Source: Octopus vulgaris
Taxonomy: Eukaryota
Direction: 5' to 3'
Assembly (NCBI GenBank): GCA_951406725.2
Contig: OX597834.1
Coordinates: forward strand, 30,380,001 to 30,444,000
DNA length: 64,000 nucleotides
A model generated the notes under the pieces. The model made no database searches, was not told the origin of the DNA, and worked only from the letters and a program-made list of their open reading frames with translations. Both the position numbers and the translations under genes were made by a program. Within the stretch, counting starts at the first letter, position 1. Every line of letters begins with the position of its first letter. This document shows, piece after piece, positions 26,305 to 39,549 of this stretch.

Positions 26305-27352
26305 GAATCTAGAGAGTGTATCATCAGAGACTGTGTTTTTTTTTTCTTTCTTTTCAAGCTAATAGGATATAGGTGTGAAGGAGATTTGGCCAGTTGCTAT
26401 TTTTAACAGGTTCCGTGGGCACCAAGAGGTACATCTGTTGGTTTATTTTCTATGGAAAATAGAGTGGAGGGAAACATGGGAGAGATCAGATTTCAGGATG
26501 TGAGTCAGAGACATTCAGATCTAAGATTGATAAACACTGACAGAGTGTACTGCAATATGATCAGTGAAACTAGTGTCATTCCAATACGGAAGACTACGTA
26601 TTAGGATGATGGGGGTGATTCTTTGAGTGGTATCTAATAGTCAAGATACTTATTTCAAATGAATCCCTATTCTCCACTTACTCTTCCTTCATCATCATCA
26701 CCCTCTCCACCTAAAAGGAATTTCATCATCATCATCATTTAGCGCCCATGTTCCATGCAAGCTTCGGTGGGATGGTACAAGAGCCGGCTAGGCTGAAGCC
26801 TGCACTGGACTTCTGTGACTGTTTTGGCAGGATTTTTACAGCTGGATGCCCTTCCTAACACCAACCACTCAGTAGAGTGGACTTAGTGCTTTTTACATGG
26901 CACAAGCACAGGCGAGGTCAGTTTTGGCAAAGTTTTTACAGCTGGCTGCCCATCCAAATGTCAACCACTTTACAGTGTGGACTGGGTGCTTTTAAGTGGC
27001 ACCTGCACTGGCAGGATCACCAAATACTTGCAAGACAAAAACTTTTAAGAGGAGAGGAGGCATTGGGGAGGGGGTGATGATGAAAATGTTATAGTGAGAC
27101 AGATATAGGTGTCTCTAATAAGCAAATATAGACAACATACACAGACCGTATTGACTCATACATAAGTTGTATTCATGTATAAATTGCATTCATGTATGAG
27201 CTCAATGTATTTTCAAGTCAAACTTGCAGCAAGTCACACCCCTAATTTCTTGTTAAAACGGGGTAGAAAATTTTTTTCTCTTCATAAAAATCACATTCCA
27301 GGTTTTTCAGTTAGAATGAAGTTTAAAACAGTGCAACTTGTACATGACCTAA

Positions 27353-27401
<49 letters not shown>

Positions 27402-27404
<3 letters not shown>

Positions 27405-27718
27405 TCATCATCATCGTTTAATGTCCGTTCTCCATGCTAGCATGGGTTGGACGGTTCGACCGGGGATCTGGGAAGCCAGAAGGCTGCACCAGGCTCTGGT
27501 CTTATCTGGCAGTGTTTCTTACAGCTGGATGCCCTTCCTAACGCCAACCACTCCGTGAGTGTAGTGGGTGCTTTTTATGTGCCACCTGCACTGGTGCCAG
27601 GCGAGGCTGGCATCGGCCACGGTCGGATTGGTGCATTTTACGTGCCACCTGCACGGAAGCCAGTCGAGGCGGCACTGGCTTCAGCCATGATTCGGATGGT
27701 GCTTTTTACGTGCCACCG
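27402..27718 (-). mobile_element. Family D element in (TA)n
   Basis: Near-identical to 61087-61305, with internal tgc.ttttacgtgccacc repeats. Confidence 0.85.
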
Positions 27719-27955
27719 ATATATATATTGTCAAACAGTACATTACTGGTTATGGTATGGGCAAGTTGACAATATTCTTTAATGGCAATAGTTGGTGTGA
27801 AACCAATGGTAACAGTGACTGGTTATAGGCGTCCACCTTATAACTTATACTGAGCATATGCTTTTGTTCCTGACTTATGGACAACTAATAATTTCTACAC
27901 ACACACACACACACATACGTAGACATATGCATACAAATATATACATTCATATGTA

Positions 27956-27999
<44 letters not shown>

Positions 28000-28003
<4 letters not shown>

Positions 28004-28150
28004 GTTAGGAAGGGCATCCAGCTGTAGAAACATTGCCAAATTTAGACTGGAGCCTGGTGCAGCCTTCTGGCTTCCCAGAACCCCGGTCGAACCGTCCAAC
28101 CCATGCTAGCATGGAGAACGGACATTAAACGACGATGATGATGATGATGA
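28000..28150 (+). mobile_element. Family D 3' fragment, inverted relative to 27402
   Basis: ggcgttaggaagggcatccagctgtagaaa...ggacattaaacgacgatgatg. Confidence 0.85.
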
Positions 28151-28317
28151 TATATATATATATATATATACATACATACATACATACATACATATATGCA
28201 CAGACAGACACACACACCCCTACAACTTAGCTACCTCAAGTACTTCGCCACTCCTACACACACTCAGATGGTGGTACTTAATTTCTTTCAAAAACTTTGC
28301 AGAAAGAATAAACCAGT

Positions 28318-28356
<39 letters not shown>

Positions 28357-28631
28357 GAAAGAAAGAAAAGATAAAAGAAGAAGAAGAAGAAGGAAATAAA
28401 CCAAACAAGCAAGATCTTTTCAGTAACCAAATGCTGAAATACATTATCAGACCCCTTTCAAGTTGGGTGAAATTTGATAACAAACAAAAAGGAAACGAAA
28501 GAAGATAAAACAAACCAAAGACTTGAGTTTACTTACGGATAAAATGATTAAAGAAAGAAGAGCAAGACAAGAAAGAAAGAAAAAGAAATGAAAGCTTCTT
28601 TGCACCAAAAGTATCCACTCTTTTAGATATC

Positions 28632-28667
<36 letters not shown>

Positions 28668-28739
28668 TGAAGACAAATTGTAAAAAAATATCTAAATTTA
28701 TGTTTAAACTGTGTTTGGTCATTAAATACTGTGCAATAA

Positions 28740-28973
28740 ATATATGCATGTATGTATACATACAGATATACATGCATATATATATACACACACATACATA
28801 TATATATACACATACACACACACACATATATATACACATACACACATATATATACACATACACACACACATATATATACACATACACATATATATATATA
28901 CACACATACATATATATATATACATACATATATACACACATACACACACACATATATATATATATACACATAC

Positions 28974-29006
<33 letters not shown>

Positions 29007-29041
29007 TACATATATTTATATATATATATATATATATATAC

Positions 29042-29075
<34 letters not shown>

Positions 29076-29090
29076 GACCACACACACACC
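28740..29090. repeat. (TA)/(CA) compound microsatellite
   Basis: Seen directly. Confidence 0.95.
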
Positions 29091-29424
29091 TCTACAGGAT
29101 TCCCAATTGCTAGTGCTTTATTTCTTGTAGCTTTCTTTTAAATAAAGGAATAACTTCTGAGACACATTGGCCCAGTGATATAAACAAAAAAAGGGGCAGG
29201 AGTGGGGGTGGGGGGGTCATATAATTTGAAAACAGCTTTTTTCATATCAACATAGCAGTCCATTACAGTTTGTAAGAAACAGTTCATTTTCATCAGTGTT
29301 TCCAGATTATCTCAGACTCATCCTCAAGATATGGAATAGTATTGGCTTGTGTTCTGATTCTGTGGCTTATGTTAACACAGACTCCACAGTCAGAATTCTG
29401 TTTATGTAGATGTTGCACCTAGAA

Positions 29425-29796
29425 TTACTTGTTTCAGTCATTTGACTGTAGCCATGCTGGAGCACCACATTTAGTCGAGCAAATCAATCCCAGAGTTTAT
29501 TCTTTGTAAGCCTAGTACTTATTCTATCGGTCTCTTTTGCCGAACCGCTAAGTTACAGGGACGTAAACACATCAGCACTGGTTGTCAAGTGATGTTGGGG
29601 GGACAAACACAGACACACAGACATACATATATACGACGGGCTTCTTTCAGTTTCCGTCTACCAAATCCACTCACAAGGCTTTGGTTGGCCTGAGGCTATA
29701 GTAGAAGACACTTGTCCAAGGTGTCACGCAGTGGGACTGAACCCGGAACCATGAGGTTGGTAAGCAAGCTACTCACCACACAGCCACTCCTGCACC
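29425..29796 (-). mobile_element. Full-length family A SINE
   Basis: Matches the family A consensus. Confidence 0.88.
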
Positions 29797-30475
29797 AATA
29801 TATATATTATTTCCCCACCTCTTGCCCTTATCATAATTTTCTTTAAATTTCTTACAATGCCATTTACCAAAACATCTAAATAATGCATTTGACAAATAAA
29901 ACCAAAACAAAGAACAAAATATCAAGGATTAAAATGTTAAACCAATAAATCAATAATAAACTATGTCATACACACACACACACACAATCAATATAACTAT
30001 GATTAGGGCCATATGTCACTGATCCTCAACTTTTTCCATAAGATCACAGCTCACCTTTCACAGAAAGGCATTTTACAAGTAATGCCATCACACACGTTTT
30101 GCAACAAGCAGAAAAGAAAGAAAAGAAAAAAAGTAGGTCATTTTAAGGAAACAGAAGTTAGCTTTCTCTGGCAGTGGTTAAGAAGCTTGCTTTGCAACCT
30201 CAGTGTTTCAGGTTCAGTCTCACTGCATGACACTTTGGCCAAGTGTTTTTTTGTTTTTTTTTTCACAATGGCCCCAGGCTGACCAAAGCTTTGTGAGTGG
30301 ATTTGGTAGGCAGAAACTCTGTGTGTGTGTATGTCCGTGTGCACCTGCATGTGCACATGTCTTTACATTTGCATTTTCCCCCATCACTACATGACAGCCA
30401 GGGTAGCTTTGTTTATATTCCCATAGCTTTGTGGTTTTGGCAAAGGAGACCATTAGAGTAAGAAGCAGACTTTAA

Positions 30476-30655
30476 CCCTTTAGTGTTTAAACCGGCCATA
30501 TCTGGCCCAAATATTCTACATGTTTTATATTCAAACTGGCCATATCTAGCCTCTCACACCTAACCTACATTGACATACTAAAAATAAACAATCACACCAT
30601 TGAAACCCCAAAGCTATAAAATAACATTTAACAGAGTAATCTGAATACTAAAGAG
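30476..30655. mobile_element. Family E1 MITE inserted in a degraded family A SINE (~30168-30752)
   Basis: ttaa|CCCTTTAGTGTTTAAACCGGCC, with a degenerate right end aatactaaagag. Confidence 0.75.
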
Positions 30656-30918
30656 TAAAAAATAAATAATGGGAATGATTTGTTCAACTAAACACTTCAA
30701 AGTGAGCTCCAGTATGGTCGCAGGCCAATGACTGAAATAAGTAAAAAATAAAGATGTTCTAACATCATTCTATCCAGCTTGTGTGTCTCTTTTCCGGGTT
30801 AGGGTTAGCGACCAGGCTAAAAAGCACTGCTATGTGAAACCTAGAGACCCAATAAGTTCAACTGCTCTGTAGAGTGAAATGTCTACTTCAAGCTCTTGCC
30901 TTTCAATATATATATGTA

Positions 30919-30961
<43 letters not shown>

Positions 30962-31040
30962 ATATATATATATCCGCCACTTTAACAAATAAGTAGCTCG
31001 GCTGATCAAACAATCGTCACAAACTGACATAAGAGCCATC

Positions 31041-31454
31041 TCTCTTTTACTCTTTTACTTGTTTCAGTCATTTGACTGCGGCCATGCTGGAGCACCGCCT
31101 TTAATCGAGCAACTCGACCCCAGGACTTATTCTTTTGTAAGCCCAGTACTTAATTCTATCGGTCTCTTTTTGCCGGACCGCTAAGTAACTGAGACATAAA
31201 CACACCAGCATCGGTTGTCAAGCAATGCTAGGGAGACAAACACAGACACACAAACATACACGCACACATATATATATATATACATATATACGACAGGCTT
31301 CTTTCAGTTTCCGTCTACCAAATCCACTCACAAGGCTTTGGTCAGCCCGAGGCTATAGTAGAAGACACTTGCCCAAGGTGCCACGCAGTGGGACTGAACC
31401 CGGAACCATGTGGTTGGTAAACAAGCTACTTACCACACATCTACTCCTGCGCCT
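31041..31454 (-). mobile_element. Full-length family A SINE
   Basis: Matches the consensus, with tail (AAAAGAGT)n. Confidence 0.92.
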
Positions 31455-31724
31455 ATGTATTAGGAAGCTAAACAGAGAATATAAAAATACACAGGACACA
31501 CAGACAACTGCTGCACTCAAAGTGTCGAATTTTAACCTCAGTTACCTCCTCCATGTATGTTAATGTAAAGAGGAGACATTACAACGCTAGCAGAGGCAAT
31601 CTCTCAATGATCTTGATACTGTTCAACTCTTTCAACAGCAAATCTGCCAAAAACTAGTTCTTGACCTATGACCTGAAACCATCAGTTTTAATGCATTCAG
31701 AATTAAATTAAAACCTTCAATATA

Positions 31725-31896
31725 AGGCGCAGGAGTGGCTGTGTGGTAAGTAGCTTGTTTAACAACCACATGGTTCCGGGTTCAGTCCCGCTGCGTGGCA
31801 CCTCGGGCAAGTGTCTTCTACTATAGCCTCGGGCCGACCAAAGCCTTGTGAGTGGATTTGGTAGACGGAAACTATAAGAAGCCCGTCGTACATATG

Positions 31897-31927
<31 letters not shown>

Positions 31928-32143
31928 GCATGTGTGTGTTTGTGTGTCTGTGTTTGTCCCTCTAGCATTGCTTGACAATCGATGCTGGTGTGTTTATGTC
32001 CCCGTTACTTAGCGGTTCGGAAAAAGAGACCGATAGAATAAGTACTGGACTTACAAAAGAATAAGTCCCGGGGTCGAGTTGCTTGATTAATGGTGGTGCT
32101 CCAGCGTGGCCGCAGTCAAATGACTGAAACAAGTAAAAGAGTA
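31725..32143 (+). mobile_element. Full-length family A SINE, inverted relative to 31041
   Basis: aggcgcaggagtggctgtgtggtaagtagc...gactgaaacaagtaaaagag. Confidence 0.92.
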
Positions 32144-32395
32144 TAATTTTATGCAAGAGCCTCATGCTAATTCCTGATCGAGACGAGAGACAGAAGCATG
32201 GTTGTGTGGTTAAGAAGCTTGCTTCCTAACCATGTGATCTAGGGTTCAGTGCCACTGCATGGCACCATGAACAAGTGCCTTGTCACATGGAAGCTGTGTG
32301 TGTATGTGTGTGTGTTTGTCCACTCTCAGCCTCCTGTCACACATACACACTGCTTGATAACTGGTGTTGGTTTGTTTATGTCCCCATAACTCTAA

Positions 32396-32616
32396 CCCTT
32401 CAGTGTTCACATTATTCTGCCAAAATTAATGCCTTTTCATCCATATTGTTTTGAACTAATCACGCATTATCTTGTAGCTATGAGAATTTGATGAGGTAAC
32501 TGTTAATTTTTAAAACGATATTGTAGGGTTGGAGTGAGAGACCACATCTGTCCAGTTTGAACATAAAACAGGCAGAATACTTTTGGCCGGATATGGCTGG
32601 TTTAAATGCTAAAGGG
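32396..32616. mobile_element. Family E1 MITE (reverse orientation) in a degraded family A SINE
   Basis: CCCTTCAGTGTTC ... AAATGCTAAAGGG|ttaa. Confidence 0.8.
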
Positions 32617-34289
32617 TTAAAAAAAATGTAAGTACTGTGGTTGATTTGCTCAACAAAACAGTTCAAGGCAGTGCCCCAGCATGGCCACAGTCCAATGACT
32701 GACACAAGTAAAAAATAAATAATAAAAGAATAAACGAAACAAAAAATTAATATTTCATTAAATCCCTCCAAATTCTTCATGATTTTTCAAACATAAAACT
32801 TAGGCAGTGTGTATTTTATGAGAAGTATATGGTCTCGAAAGAGTTTAAGGACACACCACCCATGGTGAATGAAATAAGGGGCAAGCTGTGAGGGGCTGCA
32901 AACCAAACAAAAAAACCCAGTTTTAAATAAAACTGTACAATGTAAAAAAGTTGTTGGGAGGAGACAAACCGCACAAACACACAACCACAAAGAAGGGGAA
33001 CAATGAGAAGGGACAAACAGACAGACAGGGTCTTTGCACTCTGAACAATGAAACGCTGAACTTGGGCACTTGGGGTATACGAGTAAGTCTGCGACTGCCA
33101 TCTGCAAGGGTCTCTAAAGAAGAAAACTGTAAGGTTGGGCAGTGGGGGAGCTGGAGTTATGCAATGACAACCCTAACAACAGAAACAAAAATAGAGTTTA
33201 TAATACAAACATGCACATACACATACACTCGCATGCGCACACACACACACTCGCATGCGCACACACACACTCACACACCAGTTAGGTTATATTTTAAAGG
33301 AGAGGTAGGATCAACTCCCGCTTTCTCCATCAACCTCCTCCTCCCAAAACCCTTTGTAAAAATAACAAATGAAATATGGAGCAAGAGGGAACATTTATGC
33401 TGTCACTTGACATACTAGAAATAGCAACTAAATCTTCCTCAAATCACATCTTACTGATTTACAAATCCATGCTCAGGCAATCATGGACAGATGGACATTG
33501 AAATGATGAGTGTATCTAGGATTACATCATCCAATGTATTTTTATTTTTTAAGACAATAGGATCTGAGAGATCTGGCTGCTACTTTTAACAATTCAAAAG
33601 CCCTCACAGACAAGCACCATCAATGGCCCATCTTTCACCTGATATCTTTTGCTTGTTTTAGTCACTGGACAGCAGCCATGCTGGGATACTACTTTGGAAG
33701 GTCTTAGTCGAAAAGAATAAAAAAAAAGATCAACCCCAATACTTATATATTTTTTATTGCAAGTCTGGTATTCTCTTTTGTTGAACCACTAGGTTACAGG
33801 GACATAAACAAACCAAGTTTTCAAAGCAGTGGAGTGTGAGGGGAAAGACAAGCACAAACACACATAGAGACATCATAAATACACACATGTGTGTGTATGT
33901 GTTTGTTATTAGCAACAAAATAACAATCTGTATATCATGCTTAAAGTAGACTGAAAGTCTGCTAAACTGCAATATTCACCCCAAGAAAGCATCTCTTCTA
34001 TATGTATAGAGTTTAAAAAAAAATACACATATATATGTAACAGGCTTCCGTATTGTTTTTGCATACCGAATTCACTCACAAAGGATTGGTCAGTCCAGAG
34101 CCAAAGAGACCTGTGCCCAAGGTGCTATGCAGTGGGATTGAACTCAGTACCACATAGTTACACAGCTTCTTAACCACACAACCATGTTTGCATTATTAGA
34201 TGGCCAACTAAAACCAGTTAGCATTTCCCACTTGTAATGTCTTAATCCACGAAGAAAGAATAAAAATAATAATAAAAAAAAAAACCCAA

Positions 34290-34441
34290 CTGTGTGGTAA
34301 GTAGCTTGTTTACCAACCACATGGTTCCAGGTTCAGTCCCACTGCATGGCACCTTGGGCAAGTGTCTTCTACTATAGCCTCGGGCCGACCAAAGCCTTGT
34401 GAGTGGATTTGGTAGACGGAAACTGAAAGAAGCCCGTCATA

Positions 34442-34483
<42 letters not shown>

Positions 34484-34700
34484 TGTGTGTGTTTGTGCGT
34501 GTCCCCCTAGCATTGCTTGACAACCGATGCTGGTGTGTTTACGTCCCCGTCACTTAGCGGTTCGGCAAAAGAGACCGATAGAATAAGTACTGGGGCTTAC
34601 AAAGAATAAGTCCTGGGGTCGAGTTGTTCGATTAAAGGCGGTGCTCCAGCATGGCCGCAGTCAAATGACTGAAACAAGTAAAAGATAGTAAAAAGAGTAA
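34290..34700 (+). mobile_element. Family A SINE
   Basis: Matches the consensus but lacks the first ~14 nt. Confidence 0.9.
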
Positions 34701-35061
34701 AATAGTATACATGGCTCAAACTACATATTACAATAAATCTTGTGGGGGAGAGAAGGGGAATTAATAGCTGTCATCCCCTTATCTCAACTACAGATATCCC
34801 AAGATAGAGCAGCAAGTCTATGAGTCATTACAACAACAAGGAAAGTCTAGGGCATGAAATTTGGGGGTTGGGGAACAGAACAAAACAAAGCAAAAACACA
34901 AACACAGTAAGGATAGATTCTCAGGATTTACAAAAAAAAGGTTCTTAAAATAAAGTTATGACTACCTTAACACTCTCACACTCAGACACACTGTCAAATG
35001 TAATGCTTATTTATTCACATTGTTATCACCGTCATTTAACGTCCATTTTCCATGCTGGCAT

Positions 35062-35211
35062 GGGTTACATGAGAAGAGACACCATGTATTCGATACCAGA
35101 TCTCCTGGGAAGATTACCCTGTCGCACACTGATGTTATCCAAAGGGGTTTAATCTCTAATCTTGTTAATACCACGAGACCTCTTAAAACCTCTTGAAGCT
35201 TTTAAAGACAT
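35062..35211 (+). repeat. Left arm of a 150-bp near-perfect inverted repeat (partner 39550-39701)
   Basis: Reverse complement of 39550-39701 apart from one substitution and a 2-bp indel. Confidence 0.92.
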
Positions 35212-35220
35212 GGTATGCTA

Positions 35221-35452
35221 AGGGCGGCGAGCTGGCAGAATCGTTAGCACGTCGGGCGAAATGCTTAGCGGTGTTTCGTCTGCGTTACGTTATGAGTTCA
35301 AATTCCGCCAAGGTCGACTTTGCATTTCATCCTTTCGGGGTCGATAAATTAAGTACCAGTTACGCACTGGGGTCAATGTAATCGACTTAATACCTATGTC
35401 TGTCCTTGTTTGTCCCCTCTGTGTTTAGCCCCTTGTGGGTAGTAAAGAAATA
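35221..35452 (+). mobile_element. Full-length family B SINE with 12-bp TSD
   Basis: GGTATGCTAAGG (35212-23) and GGTATGGTAAGG (35453-64), one mismatch. Confidence 0.88.
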
Positions 35453-35574
35453 GGTATGGTAAGGATGGATGTCTTTCCTAACACTAACCACTTTACAGAG
35501 TATGCTGGGAGCCTTTTACATGCCACTGGCATGGGTGCTCCTACACAGCACTAGCACGAGTGCATTTCATTCGG

Positions 35575-35980
35575 TTGGCAGAATCGTTAGCATGCCAGGC
35601 GAAATGCTTAGCGGTATTTCGTCTGCCGCTACGTTCTGAGTTCAAATTCCGCCGAGGTCAACTTAGCCTTTCATCCTTCCAGGGTCGATTAAATAAGTAC
35701 CAGTTATGCACTGGGGTCGAAATAATAGACTTAATCCGTTTGTCTGTCCTTGTTTGTCCCCTCTATGTTTAGCCCCTTGTGGGCAGTAAAGAAATAGGTA
35801 TTTTGTCTGCCGCTACGTTCTGAGTTCAAATTCCGCTGAGGTCAACTTTGCCTTTCATCCTTTCAGGGTCGATTAAATAAGTACCAGTTATGCACTGGGG
35901 TCGAAATAATAGACTTAATCCGTTTGTCTGTCCTTGTTTGTCCCCTCTGTGTGTAACCCCTTGTGGGCAGTAAAGAAATA
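35575..35980 (+). mobile_element. Tandem/nested pair of family B SINEs
   Basis: The B tail aaagaaata runs into the internal ggtattttgtctgccgctacg of a second unit at 35797. Confidence 0.85.
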
Positions 35981-37058
35981 GGTATTTTATGTTTTGGATA
36001 TGCATTAACTTGTAGCTTTGAGATTTTGATGATATGATTGTTTACTTTGAGGATATTGTTGGTGTGAGAGGCTGGGCCTGGCTAGTTTGAACACAGAACA
36101 GACAGAATACTTTGGCCGGATATGGGTGGTTTAAATACTGTAAGGTTAAGCAGGTAAAATTGAGTGCTGTCCAAGTTCACTCCCATCACACTGACTGCAC
36201 CTAAATCATGAACACATGCATGAATCAAGAATCAAGAAATGGGTCTCGAATTTTGGCACAAGAATCAAGAAATCAGAAACTGGTTTGTACAGCCTGTGTA
36301 TCATCACCCCCCAGATCAATAAATGTTTGATTGAAACAGACAAAAATAGCAAAACCTGTTTGTTAACCCTTTTGTTACTGTATTTCGGTTGAAATAACAC
36401 AGTTGTATTTTTCAATCAACACTATCATCATCATCATCGTCATCATTGTTTTTAAGATAGAATTTGTTGAAGCAGGCCTTCTTCAGCTGAATGCCCTTCT
36501 TGTGGCCAACCCTCACCAGTTTCCAAGTGAGATAATATTTCCCCATGGCCAAACATATCTATCATGGAAAAACTGGAAACAAACAACATCGCTTGTATGA
36601 TGGTGATGCTCATTTACAATCATCACTTGATGCCAAGACAAGAGTGCACACAAGAATATGGACATTCCCTGATGTCACATGACATGAACCAACTGCCCCC
36701 ACTCCACCCACCCTGTCTAATGGTTAAATAGGTCCTCTATCTCAAGTGTAAGCTCACAAGAGGAGAAGAGCAGAGTAAACTGTAAATAAACCAGCAGAAG
36801 AGAATGAGACACCACAACTCTATCTTTCTTAAGAAAAATCATAAATCTTCAGACTTAAACATGGAGGATGGTGACTGCTGACACCCAACTCATGAAATAT
36901 TGGTCAGCCCAGGACTACAGTGGAAGACACTAACGTAAGGTGCCACACTGTGGGACTGAAATTGAAATCATGAGATTGCAAAGTTAGATTCCCTACTGCA
37001 CAGCCATCTTGTTAAAAATTTTCACAATCAAAAGTCCAGACCTATAATGACTTAGTTA

Positions 37059-37230
37059 CAGATCAGGCCAGTTATGGGGATATGTGCCATTGAAATTTAG
37101 GTCAGTTATGGGGCCATGTGCCATTGCAGGTTAGGTCTGTTATGGGGCCATGTGCCATTGCAGGTTAGGTCAGTTATGAGGCCATGTGCCATTGCCGGTT
37201 ACGTCAGTTATGGGGCCACGTGCTATTGCA
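37059..37230. repeat. 34-bp minisatellite, ~5 copies
   Basis: Unit caggttaggtcagttatggggccatgtgccattg. Confidence 0.92.
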
Positions 37231-37231
37231 G

Positions 37232-37725
37232 TGCTGCATCCACCATTTGTCAGTATTTTCTTGGGTTGCCCCAAGCAACCTTCCAGTGTCCCAGTCAGTT
37301 CCCATCTCTGCAAAATACTTCCTCATCCACTATGACCATATGACACAGTTGACCAACACCAGCTGTCACCCCAGCTGGATCTCCAGAGAAGAGAACATGA
37401 TACACAGTATCCAACTTGGAAAATTGAGCAACTTGTCTAAGCTGACACTGCTGAATCATACAAGTGACAAGATACATCACAGTTTCTGGGCAGAGTCGTT
37501 GGTTGGATATGAAATCCCACCAATGGTAACCCATAATCCTACAAAGAGTCCTGGTACCAAACGAGATCAGGCAGCTCCTAAGGGTCCCAAACAGTGTCCA
37601 AGTCTTGCAACTACAGAGAAAGATAGGGAGGATCAGATACCCGAGGACATGAACCTTTGTCTTCTTGCTCAGATATCGGCAGTGTTAAATCCAAAACTGC
37701 CCCCAGCATGCCCAAGTCTTTTTGG
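37232..37725 (-). mobile_element. Decayed RTE-clade LINE, C-terminal ORF fragment
   Basis: RYLSKKTKVHVLGYLILPIFLCSCKTWTLFGTLRSCLISFGTRTLCRIMGYHWWDFISNQRL...CQLRQVAQF...WGNPRKY resembles the RTE pattern TK.RV...VLP.LLYGCETWT...LRRI.G..W.D.VSN...QLR..GHV...GRP. Confidence 0.8.
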
Positions 37726-38011
37726 TGCAAAACAGAAATAAATGATAGTAAAACAGAACTGAAATTTCTCCTTCATGTTAGGGAGTTCCTTATTTCTTTC
37801 AACATGAATGTAAAACAGGTTTGTAGGTTTGTAGGATTCTTGTGACCTCGTGCATTGTAGGACTGGCTGACAATTGCAGTCTCATGCAGGACTGTGTTGT
37901 TCAGGAAGTTAAAACCAACAAAATGTTACCATATAATACGATATCATTGAAAAATACCAGACATGAAACATCAGTATTAAATATCTCACCAGAATTAAAT
38001 AAATAAATAAA

Positions 38012-38220
38012 TATATATATAGTTAATCCAAACAAGAAAACACAGAAAAAAAGAGAAAAAAACACAGCACCCAGTCCACACTGTAAAGTATTATTGACAC
38101 TCAGGAAAGAAGGGAAGGAGGGTTTAACGTTTCGAGCGGAGCTCTTCGTCGGAAACAAGGAGAAGGAAAGATCCCAAGAAGGGAAGACAGAGGAAAAAAT
38201 ATTTTTGCTGGTGGTGCTCA
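38012..38220 (-). mobile_element. Penelope-like element terminal fragment at (TA)n, carrying a hammerhead-like motif
   Basis: Starts tatatagttaatccaaacaagaaa, the same end as at 52828, and contains the hammerhead-like motif at 38122-38156. Confidence 0.55.
38122..38156 (-). ncRNA. Minimal type I hammerhead-ribozyme-like motif (variant core)
   Basis: Minus strand: GTTT CCGACGA A GAGC-TCC-GCTC GAAA CGTT AAAC. This gives stem I, a C(U>C)GANGA core, a stem II hairpin, GAAA and the palindrome AACGTT. Confidence 0.55.
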
Positions 38221-38601
38221 AATCCAACCTCAAGTTAATAAAAGAGAAAAAGAAATAAAGAAATGATTAACAGCTGTTGACAAAAATATTTACAAATGAT
38301 GTTAAATGGGTTTATTAAAAACGGTGTTTGATATGTGAGAAATTGGGATATAAATATTCAATAAGTGGCAATGCACCAAACTCTGAATCTCTCTGGCACT
38401 TCTGTCGATGTGTGTGTGTGTGTGTATGTGTGTGTGTGTGAGAGTGTGTAATTATTTTTATGTTCTGAGTTCAGTTTCCACAGAGGTTGACTTTGTCTTC
38501 CATCCTTTCGGGGTCGGTAAATTAAGTACCAGTTGATCACTGGGGTTGATATAATTAACTTATCCCCTCTCACAAAATTGAAGGCCATGTGCCAAAATCT
38601 G

Positions 38602-38636
<35 letters not shown>

Positions 38637-38871
38637 GTAGAGTAGATGAAACCATAGCGACTGAAGAAGGGGTTTTTTCCTTGTGTTAATTGTCCCGTAC
38701 TCTATTTTTTTGTTGTTTAAAAAAATGTCCAGTTCCTTGGGTTTGTGTCTATGTTTTCGTTTCTCATTGTGTTCGACATCTTTTTGGTGTCCTGTACTCA
38801 TATCTGCGTGTATATGTACATGTAGAGGTAGGTACGTACATATATGTTTATATATATGCATATGTTTTATT

Positions 38872-38911
<40 letters not shown>

Positions 38912-39077
38912 GCATGTGTATGTATATAGAAGGGCTCCCATTACACTCTCAGAGTGGTTGGCGTTAGGAAGGGCATCCAGCCATAGAAACCATACCAAAT
39001 CAGACTAGAGTCTGGTGCAGCCTTCCAGCTTGCCAGCCCATGGTAGCATAGCCGACAGCCGTTAAACGATGGTGATG

Positions 39078-39115
<38 letters not shown>

Positions 39116-39549
39116 AACTTAAATATGTGAGGGTATGGGTTGGTTTGTATGGAGATAATTCTAGAATAGATGAATGGTTTCTATTGTAAAAAAAAAAAAA
39201 GAAAGAAATAGTACAAACAACAAAAACAATAGTACTAATAATTTCTTAAGAAGAGGAGGGGGAGGCCTTTATAATAATTCACCGTTTGTTCAATGTGGTC
39301 ACAGAAAATCAGGTTTGTAGAGCAATGTAGGTCAGCAGGGATGTAAATACAAGTACACTCACATACACCCACAGATGGACAAATCCACACATACATGTAG
39401 AAACAACCATTACACAAACACATAGATACGTGAAAATACAAACATACACACAAAGTCATTGAGCTAGCAGAGAACTCCTTGAACATTAAAAAAAAAATAT
39501 ATATATATATATATTTTAAACAAATAAATAAAAAAAAGCGTTAATATAA

